IMG/VR virus record: IMGVR_UViG_3300050821_017219
Location: 14,383 to 78,382 of that record
Source: a virus
Reading direction: 5' to 3' (one strand)
DNA length: 64,000 nt
Shown here: piece after piece, positions 50,167 to 58,487 of the stretch
Position numbering within the stretch: position 1 is the first letter of the stretch
Layout of the letters: each line of letters starts with the position of its first letter
Notes under the pieces: model-generated
What the model was told of the DNA's origin: nothing
Seen by the model: the letters and a program-made list of their open reading frames with translations, nothing else
Databases searched by the model: none
Program-made: the position numbers and the translations under genes

Positions 50167-50324
50167 TTGATTCGATAATCGTTTCGCTGTTCGACGGACG
50201 TATCGAAGGCAACGAAAAACGCGAGACTTACTTCTCTCCACGACGCTGCGACGATCGACACCCACACAAGAGACGACGATAAGAGCCTGAGAGGTTACTC
50301 GTCATCTCTGGAGTCGATCACCAA

Positions 50325-51692
50325 ATGGCTACGCAAATCGTTTCTCGACCCAGTCAGTTCAAGACGCGAGCGAAGATGCTCTCGCGCGCCGAGCGCGGCA
50401 TCGCTCTCGTCAAGGCCGTCGGAACCGGTCTTCCCATCGACGCGGCGAAGATCAAGGCGTCAGGGAATGACCCCCGGCGCGGCATGGGCGCCGTCCTCGA
50501 CCTCATCAAGGCGTCGAAGGAAAACCCCTGGTGGAACATGGACGTCGTCGAGCAGGTCCGTTGGACCCTCGGCGGACCCCAGACCAATCAGTCGATCACC
50601 GAAAACTTCGGTGCGACCATCGACTTGTTCGCTTCGGGGAAGTCGCCGGTCGACATCGACTTCGTCGAGACGACCATGGCGCAGCCTGGTCAGACGCAGA
50701 CCTTCTTCGTCGCCTGCTATGTCGGCTTCCACCTCGAGCCCGACCCCATGACGTTCACCCTCCGAGGGAACGCGTGGACGCATCCGACCGCGGCGGTCGC
50801 GAAGCCCCCGTCTCCCGACGTGTTCAGCGCGAACGACGTCGCCAACGGCGCGCTCGGCCCCGCCTTCGCCGGCACGCCGACGCAGACGATGCTTCCCGCG
50901 ATCATGGAGCACGGCTGGTGGCTCAACCGAGCCTTCTGGGAGCTCGTGCGCGCCTACAACTTCCGATGGAAGATCGGCCAGCACATCAACATCATGGACG
51001 AGCAGTTGCGCCACACGGCGTACATGCCCCCGAACGCTCAGGAAGGCAGCGCGTCGAGCTCGGAAGTGGATCCGTTCAATCTCATCAATCAGATGAACAC
51101 CCGCTACGACACGCTCGGAACGGCGCTCGACTTCCTCCCGATCGACTTCTTGAGGATCGGATCAGTCGGAAGCACGACCGTCAACAACGGCCGCTTCACG
51201 CCGAGCCGTGACTTCGATACCGTCGGCGTCACCTACGGTGGTTCCGACCTCCGAAGCATGCTGCGCGGCAACAGCGAGTTCCGCCAGCTGTGCGTTCCCT
51301 ACGTGATCGAGCCGGGCGTTCCCATCGGCATCTTCCTCCAGGAATGCGACAGCGTTCAGGCGGACATCATGCGCGCGCTGCTCAGCATCTCGCAGGTCGG
51401 CGGAAACTTCGGCGGATCGATTCCCCCGGCAGTCACCCCCGACGGCAACATCAACGGCGGCTTCACGAGCACGGGCGCCGCGGTCATGTTGGAGCGCACC
51501 CTCGACGGTGCAGACGTCCCCCAGCAGATCGACACCCAGCGCGTCATCTACAAGAGCGGCGTCGGCAAGATCACGCTGCCGATCAAGGGCTTCGAGGTCA
51601 CGAAGGATTGGTACAACCAACTCTCTTCGGATTCGGACATCCGAGACATCGTGCTCTCCGACTGCGGGATGCGATTCGCGGCCTACGGTTGA
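50325..51692 (+). CDS. Putative major capsid protein (non-HK97, possibly jelly-roll)
   Basis: Very strong C/G-ending codon bias by eye, GGAG RBS, beta-rich, follows the core-like protein; no HK97 signature seen. Confidence 0.5.
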   Translation: MATQIVSRPSQFKTRAKMLSRAERGIALVKAVGTGLPIDAAKIKASGNDPRRGMGAVLDLIKASKENPWWNMDVVEQVRWTLGGPQTNQSITENFGATIDLFASGKSPVDIDFVETTMAQPGQTQTFFVACYVGFHLEPDPMTFTLRGNAWTHPTAAVAKPPSPDVFSANDVANGALGPAFAGTPTQTMLPAIMEHGWWLNRAFWELVRAYNFRWKIGQHINIMDEQLRHTAYMPPNAQEGSASSSEVDPFNLINQMNTRYDTLGTALDFLPIDFLRIGSVGSTTVNNGRFTPSRDFDTVGVTYGGSDLRSMLRGNSEFRQLCVPYVIEPGVPIGIFLQECDSVQADIMRALLSISQVGGNFGGSIPPAVTPDGNINGGFTSTGAAVMLERTLDGADVPQQIDTQRVIYKSGVGKITLPIKGFEVTKDWYNQLSSDSDIRDIVLSDCGMRFAAYG

Positions 51693-51720
51693 TCGGAGCG
51701 CCGCCTAAAGGAGGCGTTTC

Positions 51721-52470
51721 ATGACTCAGCCGTTGATCACGATGACGGAAGAGCAGCTCCAAAGGCTGCTCGCTTCGTCGCAGAAAACCACAACCGGAGT
51801 GGCTGGCCCGCCCAAACAGCGCGTTCAAGGCTTCGGTTGCCCCGGCGATGGAAACCCGCAGCTCGACGCGGTCTACGCGATGCTTGCTGCGGGTAACCCC
51901 CGTCTCGCCTTGGCCCGCGCCCGCGGCGTGCCGTTCGCGCCGTTCTACATCAACATCCGCGCTACCTTTCCCGATACGGCCACCACGGTCGTGCCGAGCG
52001 TCGGTAGCGACGTGAAGATCTCGCAAGACACGCTCGTCAACGAGATGGTCGTGCGCATCTTCAACCGATCGTTGACGGCGAATCAGAACCAGTTCCAGGC
52101 GCAATCGGATTGGTACTACACGTGGCAGAGCGGCATCGAAGCAACGTTCGACATCCAAGGCGCACCCCGCCCGACGATTGCGGACCGCTTCACGCCCCTC
52201 GCCAATCTGCTCGACGCCTTCAACGGCTACAGCAAGCGCGCCGGTCACGGGTGGATCCTTACCTACCAGCAGCAGCTCTTCATGGCGTTCAACGCTACGA
52301 TCACGCTGCCGACGGCGCCCATCGAAGTCGTGTGCACGTTCGCCTGCGAGACACCGGTGTCGCAAGCGTTTACGCGCATGTCCAATAGCGAAGCCATCGC
52401 GTCGCTGCGGAGCGAATTCGGTGTCGAGATCGCAGACGCCTACGAGCAACAGGCGCTTCTCTACGGTTGA
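51721..52470 (+). CDS. Putative second capsid protein (beta-rich)
   Basis: AAGGAGG RBS, strong codon bias, N-terminal GVAG/GFG motifs. Confidence 0.45.
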   Translation: MTQPLITMTEEQLQRLLASSQKTTTGVAGPPKQRVQGFGCPGDGNPQLDAVYAMLAAGNPRLALARARGVPFAPFYINIRATFPDTATTVVPSVGSDVKISQDTLVNEMVVRIFNRSLTANQNQFQAQSDWYYTWQSGIEATFDIQGAPRPTIADRFTPLANLLDAFNGYSKRAGHGWILTYQQQLFMAFNATITLPTAPIEVVCTFACETPVSQAFTRMSNSEAIASLRSEFGVEIADAYEQQALLYG

Positions 52471-52475
52471 TCTGA

Positions 52476-53327
52476 ATGCGCTCTCTCGCCGAAAAAGCGT
52501 CGCTCGGCGCCGAGACGGGAAGCCGCCGCGTCTTTGAAATTTCAACGTCAGGAATTGACGAAAATCTTCAGAGTCTCGGCGGCGATCCGTTTGGTGGGTC
52601 GTCGTACGTCGGGTTGCGTGTTCCGACGTTGGCGACGCCATCGCTGCCCAACGGCGGCGGTCGATATTTGTTCAACCTCGCGTCGTTTTCGATCGCGACT
52701 GGCATCAAGGCGAGAATCGTCGGCTACCGCCAGCTGTTGACGCTCGGCGCCGTCATCACCGCCGCCGGCAGCGAAACAGCGGCGCGCTTCGTCGAGATGG
52801 AGGTCACGACGCCGACGTTTCGTCTACCCGACGGCAACGTCAGCTGGCACATTCATCGCCTCGGCCCGCCGAACAGCCAAGGCTTTCCGCGTGGCATCGC
52901 CGACAAGACTGACTTGCGCAGCTTCAAGAAATACTGGTGTGAAAATCCTGCGCTGCTCTACCAGAGCTACGCGATTCCCGCTGGCAACGCGTTCTACCCC
53001 GACTTGACGGCCTATACGCCACCGAATGGCGGCAAGCCGTGGGGTGTTGCGTTACGCGCGGGCGAACAAGCAACGTTTTACGATTTGCGAACCGAGTGGC
53101 GTACGCACGGCGGTTGGCATTCGCTCGACGTCGAGCTGGATGGACCAGACACCGTCTGCTTCTTCGCGTCTGTGAAGCAAAGCGTTGGCGCATCAGAAGC
53201 CGGTGCGTTGGCTGCGATTCCGAATGGGATGCCGGAAGAGCAATTCGTCAGCGCTTTTGCGGCGAGCGTGACCGGAGCAATCTACTGGCGCGTTGCGGGC
53301 GCGCTGATGGTGGAGGTACGTCCGTGA
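52476..53327 (+). CDS. Putative capsid-associated beta-rich protein
   Basis: Ends YWRVAGALMVEV like a terminal jelly-roll strand. Confidence 0.45.
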   Translation: MRSLAEKASLGAETGSRRVFEISTSGIDENLQSLGGDPFGGSSYVGLRVPTLATPSLPNGGGRYLFNLASFSIATGIKARIVGYRQLLTLGAVITAAGSETAARFVEMEVTTPTFRLPDGNVSWHIHRLGPPNSQGFPRGIADKTDLRSFKKYWCENPALLYQSYAIPAGNAFYPDLTAYTPPNGGKPWGVALRAGEQATFYDLRTEWRTHGGWHSLDVELDGPDTVCFFASVKQSVGASEAGALAAIPNGMPEEQFVSAFAASVTGAIYWRVAGALMVEVRP

Positions 53328-53977
53328 GATGGTCGGCCGCTCGCCAAGGTCGCCGTAGCTATTATCGCGCCGAGAGCTCGAAGGGCTATTACCGCATCGA
53401 ACATCGCCCGAGCGGTTGGGTCGTCGACATGACTATACACAACGGGCGTGATCATGTCATCGGAACATTCTCATCACTTGCCGGAGCCAAAACAGCTGCC
53501 TCGCAGCATGATCGAGGGTTTATGAGTCGTCGTCGTAGAAGCCGTCGTCGCCACCACGCTGCAGAAGCGAACCCCATCTCGTCGTCGACCAAGAAGTGGC
53601 TTGTCATCGGTGGCCTCACCGCAGTTGCCGGAGTCGGTCTCTACCTCTACATGAAGAAGATGTCGGCCTTGACGCAGATGCCGATGCCTGCGGCGCTACC
53701 GCCCGGTACTGCGCCGATCAACCTAACGCTGTCGCCCGGCAACCTGTCGGCGGTCACACTCAGCGCCGGCAACAAGGCCGCGTTGAGCCTCTTCGCGCCG
53801 CAGGGCTCAACGTTGCAGGTGATGAACTGGAACCCCGTCGCGCCGCTCGCTCCGGCGACGACGTCGAACTACGAAGTCGTCGCGGCGACGCCAGGCAACT
53901 CGACCGTCACCGCGACCTACAAAGACGCGTCGGGCGCAACGCAGACGGCGACCATCCCCATCGTCGTCACCGCTTAG
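53324..53977 (+). CDS. Small domain + Arg-rich + NP motif + TM + Ig-like protein (alternative start 53522)
   Basis: GGAGG-GTG start; SRRRRSRRRHHAAEANP, TM WLVIGGLTAVAGVGLYLYM. Confidence 0.65.
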   Translation: MRWSAARQGRRSYYRAESSKGYYRIEHRPSGWVVDMTIHNGRDHVIGTFSSLAGAKTAASQHDRGFMSRRRRSRRRHHAAEANPISSSTKKWLVIGGLTAVAGVGLYLYMKKMSALTQMPMPAALPPGTAPINLTLSPGNLSAVTLSAGNKAALSLFAPQGSTLQVMNWNPVAPLAPATTSNYEVVAATPGNSTVTATYKDASGATQTATIPIVVTA

Positions 53978-53983
53978 ATTTCA

Positions 53984-54400
53984 ATGTCAACGGCGATCGT
54001 CAAATTCAACCATGTCGATCGTCGCATCGGCGTTGGCGATCCGCTGACTGACGCGGGCGCAGCTCTCGCGCAGGCGATGATAGCGTTGCAAGCGGGTGTC
54101 GCTTCGTTGCCGGCGAATGATTTGCTGACGTCGCAGCTGTCGACGCAAGTCGCCGCAGTCGCTACGGCGCTCGGCGGTTACATCGCGCAGGTCGGCGCGC
54201 TCGAGACGAGCCTAGCGGCGACGCAACATCAACTCGAGTTATGCCAAGCCGCGCAAGCGACGCCGACGACACCGGTTGGCGCAGCGACAACGACTCCGAC
54301 GGCTGGCGTGTCGCCGTCGGCCGCAAGCTTCATCGCCGTCGGTAGCGCGCTTCTAGGCGGCGTCGCCGGCTACGCGGTTCGTGGTAAGATGAAACGCTGA
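53984..54400 (+). CDS. Coiled-coil protein with C-terminal TM
   Basis: N-terminal RRIGVGDPLTD; C-terminal TM followed by RGKMKR. Confidence 0.7.
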   Translation: MSTAIVKFNHVDRRIGVGDPLTDAGAALAQAMIALQAGVASLPANDLLTSQLSTQVAAVATALGGYIAQVGALETSLAATQHQLELCQAAQATPTTPVGAATTTPTAGVSPSAASFIAVGSALLGGVAGYAVRGKMKR

Positions 54401-54413
54401 AGAAAGCCGAATC

Positions 54414-54929
54414 ATGATGCAATCAACAACGCCGCATTGGCCGCAACCCCCGCAACACCATCACGTCGGTGTCGGCGCCGTCAACCAAGGCTTGACCGAT
54501 GCTGCGCAAGCGGTGGTCAACTTCTTCGCGGCGAATGCGTGCACTCGTGCATCAATCCCCGAAGTCGCGTCGTTTCAAGCGACGTACAACGGAAGCGGGA
54601 TGCCAGGGCATCTCACCGTCGACGGACAGTACGGCGGCAACACCGAGCGCGCATTGCAGATCGTGCTCAACAATGCCCCCGCGGCTGGTGGTGGTGGTCC
54701 AGTGCAAGCTGTACCTCCGAACTGCTTCGGTATGGCGGTGCCTGATACTCCGGCGTTGGATCCGTCAACACCGACAGCGCCAACCGCGCCGGCAACGACT
54801 ACAACGACGACGACAACTACGTCAACCCCTTCGACGATGTCACCGTGGATCATCGGCGGTGCTGCAGCTGTCGTCGCCGGTGGCGTCGGCTACGCCGTCT
54901 ACCGCGCGCGCAAACGCCGTCGCGGCTAA
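54414..54929 (+). CDS. Peptidoglycan-binding-domain protein with C-terminal TM and basic tail
   Basis: VASFQATYN...LTVDGQYGGNTERAL (PG_binding_1), Thr linker, TM, RARKRRRG. Confidence 0.75.
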   Translation: MMQSTTPHWPQPPQHHHVGVGAVNQGLTDAAQAVVNFFAANACTRASIPEVASFQATYNGSGMPGHLTVDGQYGGNTERALQIVLNNAPAAGGGGPVQAVPPNCFGMAVPDTPALDPSTPTAPTAPATTTTTTTTTSTPSTMSPWIIGGAAAVVAGGVGYAVYRARKRRRG

Positions 54930-54984
54930 GCGACGAAGACGTATCTGAAGACGCATTCCAAATCCAACAGCCGAAGACAAAACG

Positions 54985-55464
54985 ATGCCCATCCCCTACG
55001 GTAATGGCGCTGACTACGCGGCGGCAGCGCTTCTCAGCCTCGCTGTCTACGGCCAAGGCGCACTGAAAAATCAACAGCCGGGCGGTGTTCTCGCAACCTT
55101 CGAGGTGTTGAGCACCGGAACGCACGTGCTGACCGGAAGCTTCCAGACACTCGCGCAGACCGGAAGCATCACCTACGTCGCAGGGCAGAAGGCCATCTTG
55201 ACGGTGTCGGTCGCCGCCGATGTGACGAGCTCGGGGTTGAGCGGAAACCTGGAGATTCAGGTCACCGACAACGGCGTGCCGATCACAACGGGCATCACCC
55301 AGAGCTACCCGACGACCGGCCCTGGCGTCTCCGCGATGTGGCAGGTCGAAGTGTCACCGGTCGGGCCGCATGTGTTCGCTGTGCAAGCGCTCGCGGCTGG
55401 CGACGGTACGCTCTCCGTTGCTGCCGGACACGGCCGCATCGGCGTCATCAATTCTGCCGTCTGA
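54985..55464 (+). CDS. Beta-sandwich (C1q/BclA-head-like) protein
   Basis: Resembles the head of 2767-3660 (GQKAILTVS vs GQRVFIWAS; GPHVFAVQ vs GVQTYAFV). Confidence 0.55.
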   Translation: MPIPYGNGADYAAAALLSLAVYGQGALKNQQPGGVLATFEVLSTGTHVLTGSFQTLAQTGSITYVAGQKAILTVSVAADVTSSGLSGNLEIQVTDNGVPITTGITQSYPTTGPGVSAMWQVEVSPVGPHVFAVQALAAGDGTLSVAAGHGRIGVINSAV

Positions 55465-55538
55465 TTTTCGCTGCGACGATTGAAGCAGACGCGACAGCTT
55501 GCGTCTAAGCAAACGCGGCGTTAGACTCTCACGCGTAG

Positions 55539-55844
55539 ATGCCGCGTCGACGCAAAACGAAGCCGCCGACGCGCGACGTGTCGGAGACTGAGCCAAAAAC
55601 GCCATCGAAGCGCGGCTTCGCTGGCATGTCTGCAGAAAAGCAGCGGAAGATCGCGGCGGCGGGCGGGAAGGCAGCGCACGGCGCCGGTGTTGCGCATCAG
55701 TTCGACGCCACGACGGCATCGAAGGCAGGACGTAAGGGCGGACGCGTCGTCGCTCGAGATCGCGCGCACATGGCGGAGATTGGCCGTAAGGGCGGTAGCA
55801 AGCGCAAGAAACGAAAAACGAAGTCAACGAAGGAAGGCGGCTAG
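55539..55844 (+). CDS. KGG-repeat stress protein (second copy)
   Basis: RGFAGMSAEKQRKIAAAGGKAAH..GVAHQF...ASKAGRKGG...DRAHMAEIGRKGG. Confidence 0.85.
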   Translation: MPRRRKTKPPTRDVSETEPKTPSKRGFAGMSAEKQRKIAAAGGKAAHGAGVAHQFDATTASKAGRKGGRVVARDRAHMAEIGRKGGSKRKKRKTKSTKEGG

Positions 55845-55847
55845 ACG

Positions 55848-56066
55848 ATGCTGAAATATGAAGTGTGGGCATGCGATCATTGCGGCAAGGAAGCGAAGAC
55901 GCCGCGGGGCCTGCCCGAAGGTTACCTTTGCGTCGAGCTGTACGTGCACGATGCGAACACCAACGCCCTTGTCGTCGAAGGAGGGCAGAGCAAGCGCAAA
56001 CTCGTCTGCTCGAAAGAGTGCGCCAGCGACATCTGCGCAACGCTGATCAGATCGGCGCGACAATGA
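55848..56066 (+). CDS. Small zinc-finger protein
   Basis: CDHC...CSKEC. Confidence 0.55.
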   Translation: MLKYEVWACDHCGKEAKTPRGLPEGYLCVELYVHDANTNALVVEGGQSKRKLVCSKECASDICATLIRSARQ

Positions 56067-56374
56067 GCTTCACACCCCTCGGTGACCGTATCTTCGTCAA
56101 AGCTGACGCAGCCGCGACGAAAGTCGGCAGCCTCTTCATTCCGGCGTCAGCCGCCGAGAAGCGACGCAAGGAAGTCGGTTGCACCGGCATCGTTCGTTTC
56201 ATCGGACCGGGCATGCTCACCAAAGACGGTGGCCGGTGGCCGATGCCCGACGTGCGCATCGGCGACCGCGTCATCTACCTCGACCAACCATGGCCGACGG
56301 TGAAGATCGGCGACGAGGAGCTGGTCTCTCTGCGAGATGACGGTCTGCTCGCCGTCGTCGAAAACGACACCTGA
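56063..56374 (+). CDS. groES: GroES/Cpn10-like co-chaperonin
   Basis: FTPLGDRIFVK...GSLFIPASAAEK...GIVRFIGPG...DVRIGDRVIY...IGDEELVSLRDDGLLAVVE. Confidence 0.85.
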   Translation: MSFTPLGDRIFVKADAAATKVGSLFIPASAAEKRRKEVGCTGIVRFIGPGMLTKDGGRWPMPDVRIGDRVIYLDQPWPTVKIGDEELVSLRDDGLLAVVENDT

Positions 56375-56375
56375 G

Positions 56376-56585
56376 ATGTGGACAACGCGCCTCAAGCGTC
56401 ACGGCGGTCGCGGCGCCATCGTCGAAAAGCGTCGACGTCAAACCGTTATGTTGCTTCGCGCTTTCAGCAACGGCGGCAAACCAATCGAAGCTGAAGCCAA
56501 AGAGACGTTGAAGTGGCTGCAAGAAAATGACAACCGCTGCCTTACGGTAGCCGAAGAAGAACGCTGGAAGGAATTCGACTCATGA
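56376..56585 (+). CDS. Hypothetical protein
   Basis: Fills the gap, ATGA coupled to the next gene. Confidence 0.45.
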   Translation: MWTTRLKRHGGRGAIVEKRRRQTVMLLRAFSNGGKPIEAEAKETLKWLQENDNRCLTVAEEERWKEFDS

Positions 56586-57115
56586 ACGTCATTCAAACTT
56601 GGCTGGTGGCGCATCAAGCGCTTGCAGCGATGCTCATTCTCTTCTGGCCGACGCTGACCGGTCTTGCGTCGCTTGGGGTCCAGCTGCTCGATGCGACCTC
56701 ACGCGGTCACGCCGTTCTGTCGTTCCTCGCCGCCATCGGCGTCGACATCCCGAAGATCATCGACGCCATCGGTCGGATGATCACGCCGCCTTCGTCGAAG
56801 CCACCGTCGCCACCTGCAGGCTTGGCCGTCTTCGCCTTCGTCGTCATCGGTGGTGTCGCTGGCATCAGCAGCATCGTCGCTGTCTCGAGCTGCACGCCGC
56901 AAGGTGGTGTTCAGGCGCCAATCGCCAACACCGCAAGCTGCCTCATCGATACGATCAGCAAAGACTTGCTCGCCGGGATGAGCCTCCCTAGCGCGTTAGA
57001 AGACGCGACCATCCGTTGTCTCGGTTCGGCGACGCCAGCGAACGTGACGGCGGCTTCTCAGGTCTGGTCTTCGCACAAAGCAGCCGAACAACGCGAAGTC
57101 GACGGCGGCAAATAA
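56582..57115 (+). CDS. Multi-TM membrane protein (holin-like candidate)
   Basis: Three hydrophobic segments. Confidence 0.55.
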   Translation: MNVIQTWLVAHQALAAMLILFWPTLTGLASLGVQLLDATSRGHAVLSFLAAIGVDIPKIIDAIGRMITPPSSKPPSPPAGLAVFAFVVIGGVAGISSIVAVSSCTPQGGVQAPIANTASCLIDTISKDLLAGMSLPSALEDATIRCLGSATPANVTAASQVWSSHKAAEQREVDGGK

Positions 57116-57137
57116 ATCTTCAAATTCGGAGACGCAA

Positions 57138-57926
57138 ATGATGACGCAAGAAAGCACGCCCATTCGATGGGCATTCATCGACTCGACCAACGGCGCGCCC
57201 TGCGCCAACGGCGAAGTCATGACGCCGGAGGCCCTCGCGACCATCGCGGCGGCTTGTACATTGCAGCTCAATAGAGACTACGGCTCCAATAGCTCGGCGC
57301 GTGCCACAACCGCCGACTCCATCCAACCGGGGGAGCGCGTCTTCACGTGGCTCAACGGCTTGTCGGTGCAAGGTGCGCTTGCCTTCCACTCGATCGATGG
57401 TCAAGGCGTCGAGTTCGGCGAGGAGGACATCTCCGGCTGCTCGAGTCTCTTCGGGGAAGGTGCATCCGCGAGCGCAGCAGCGTCGCATGAGATGCTCGAG
57501 ACGGAGAACGACCCCGGCTGCAATCGCGGCGTCGACGATGGCCAGGGTACGACCCACGCGATGGAAGCGTGTGACGCCATCGAGGTCCAGACCTACGCGG
57601 TGCAGATCAACGGTGTCGATGTCTACGTGTCGAACTTCTTGCTCGATTCGTGGGGCATCCCCGGCGCACCTCCGCCCTACACGTTCATGACCGCGAACGG
57701 CATCCCCGGTGGTGTCGATCCCCCCGGACCCATGCAGACGGCGCCGGGCAACGGCGGCAACTACCAAAGCGTATGGCCGTCACCGACGTCGTTTGGTCAA
57801 GTCACTGCGGAACACATCGTTGCTTTCGCGACCGGCAAACACGCGCCGCGCATCGTCGGCACGCCGCGAAAACCGGCGAAGGTGAAACACTGGAATTCGC
57901 GAACGGTCAAACGCGGCGTTAGATGA
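57138..57926 (+). CDS. Putative HExxE metallopeptidase-like protein
   Basis: GALAFH...ASHEMLETENDP...EACDAIE...VSNF. Confidence 0.5.
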   Translation: MMTQESTPIRWAFIDSTNGAPCANGEVMTPEALATIAAACTLQLNRDYGSNSSARATTADSIQPGERVFTWLNGLSVQGALAFHSIDGQGVEFGEEDISGCSSLFGEGASASAAASHEMLETENDPGCNRGVDDGQGTTHAMEACDAIEVQTYAVQINGVDVYVSNFLLDSWGIPGAPPPYTFMTANGIPGGVDPPGPMQTAPGNGGNYQSVWPSPTSFGQVTAEHIVAFATGKHAPRIVGTPRKPAKVKHWNSRTVKRGVR

Positions 57927-58117
57927 CAGCGACTGCGCTCATCTACTTTGGCATCGTTGCAACGGTTATCGCTGTCATCATCTTTTTTCTTTGCTTCGAC
58001 GCTGATGATCGCTTCGTTGAGACGCTTGTCTTGGCTGGCGCATGCGCAGCCGTCGGATTTCTATTCTTCTTGCTTCTCGTTGGCGCAACCGAGGCGTTCC
58101 GACTTGTAACGCGGTAA
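57923..58117 (+). CDS. Small 2-TM membrane protein
   Basis: Two hydrophobic helices, ATGA coupling. Confidence 0.6.
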   Translation: MTATALIYFGIVATVIAVIIFFLCFDADDRFVETLVLAGACAAVGFLFFLLLVGATEAFRLVTR

Positions 58118-58122
58118 AAACC

Positions 58123-58482
58123 ATGACTAATGAACAAATCGAAGCGATGGCGCGCGCCGCACACGAAGTGAACCGCGCGTGGTGTTTAGCGTACGGAGAC
58201 ATTAGCCAGCCATCGTGGGACGATGCCCCACAATGGCAGCGGTCGTCGGCAATCAATGGTGTCGCCGGCGCCATCGCTGGGAACACACCGGAGCAGTCGC
58301 ATGAATGCTGGCTTGCGGAGAAGCGAGCCAACGGCTGGCGATACGGTCCGACCAAAGACCCCGAACAGAAGACGCATCCGTGCTTCGTACCATACGCGGA
58401 GCTACCTCCAGAACAGCGCGCGAAGGATTCGCTATTCGTCGCTACGGTTCGGTCTATGGCAGCGGCCTTCGGTGCGGTGTGA
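58123..58482 (+). CDS. Phage RyR-domain protein
   Basis: HECWLAEKRANGWRYGPTKDPEQKTHPCFVPYAELPPEQRAKD. Confidence 0.85.
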   Translation: MTNEQIEAMARAAHEVNRAWCLAYGDISQPSWDDAPQWQRSSAINGVAGAIAGNTPEQSHECWLAEKRANGWRYGPTKDPEQKTHPCFVPYAELPPEQRAKDSLFVATVRSMAAAFGAV

Positions 58483-58487
58483 CAACG

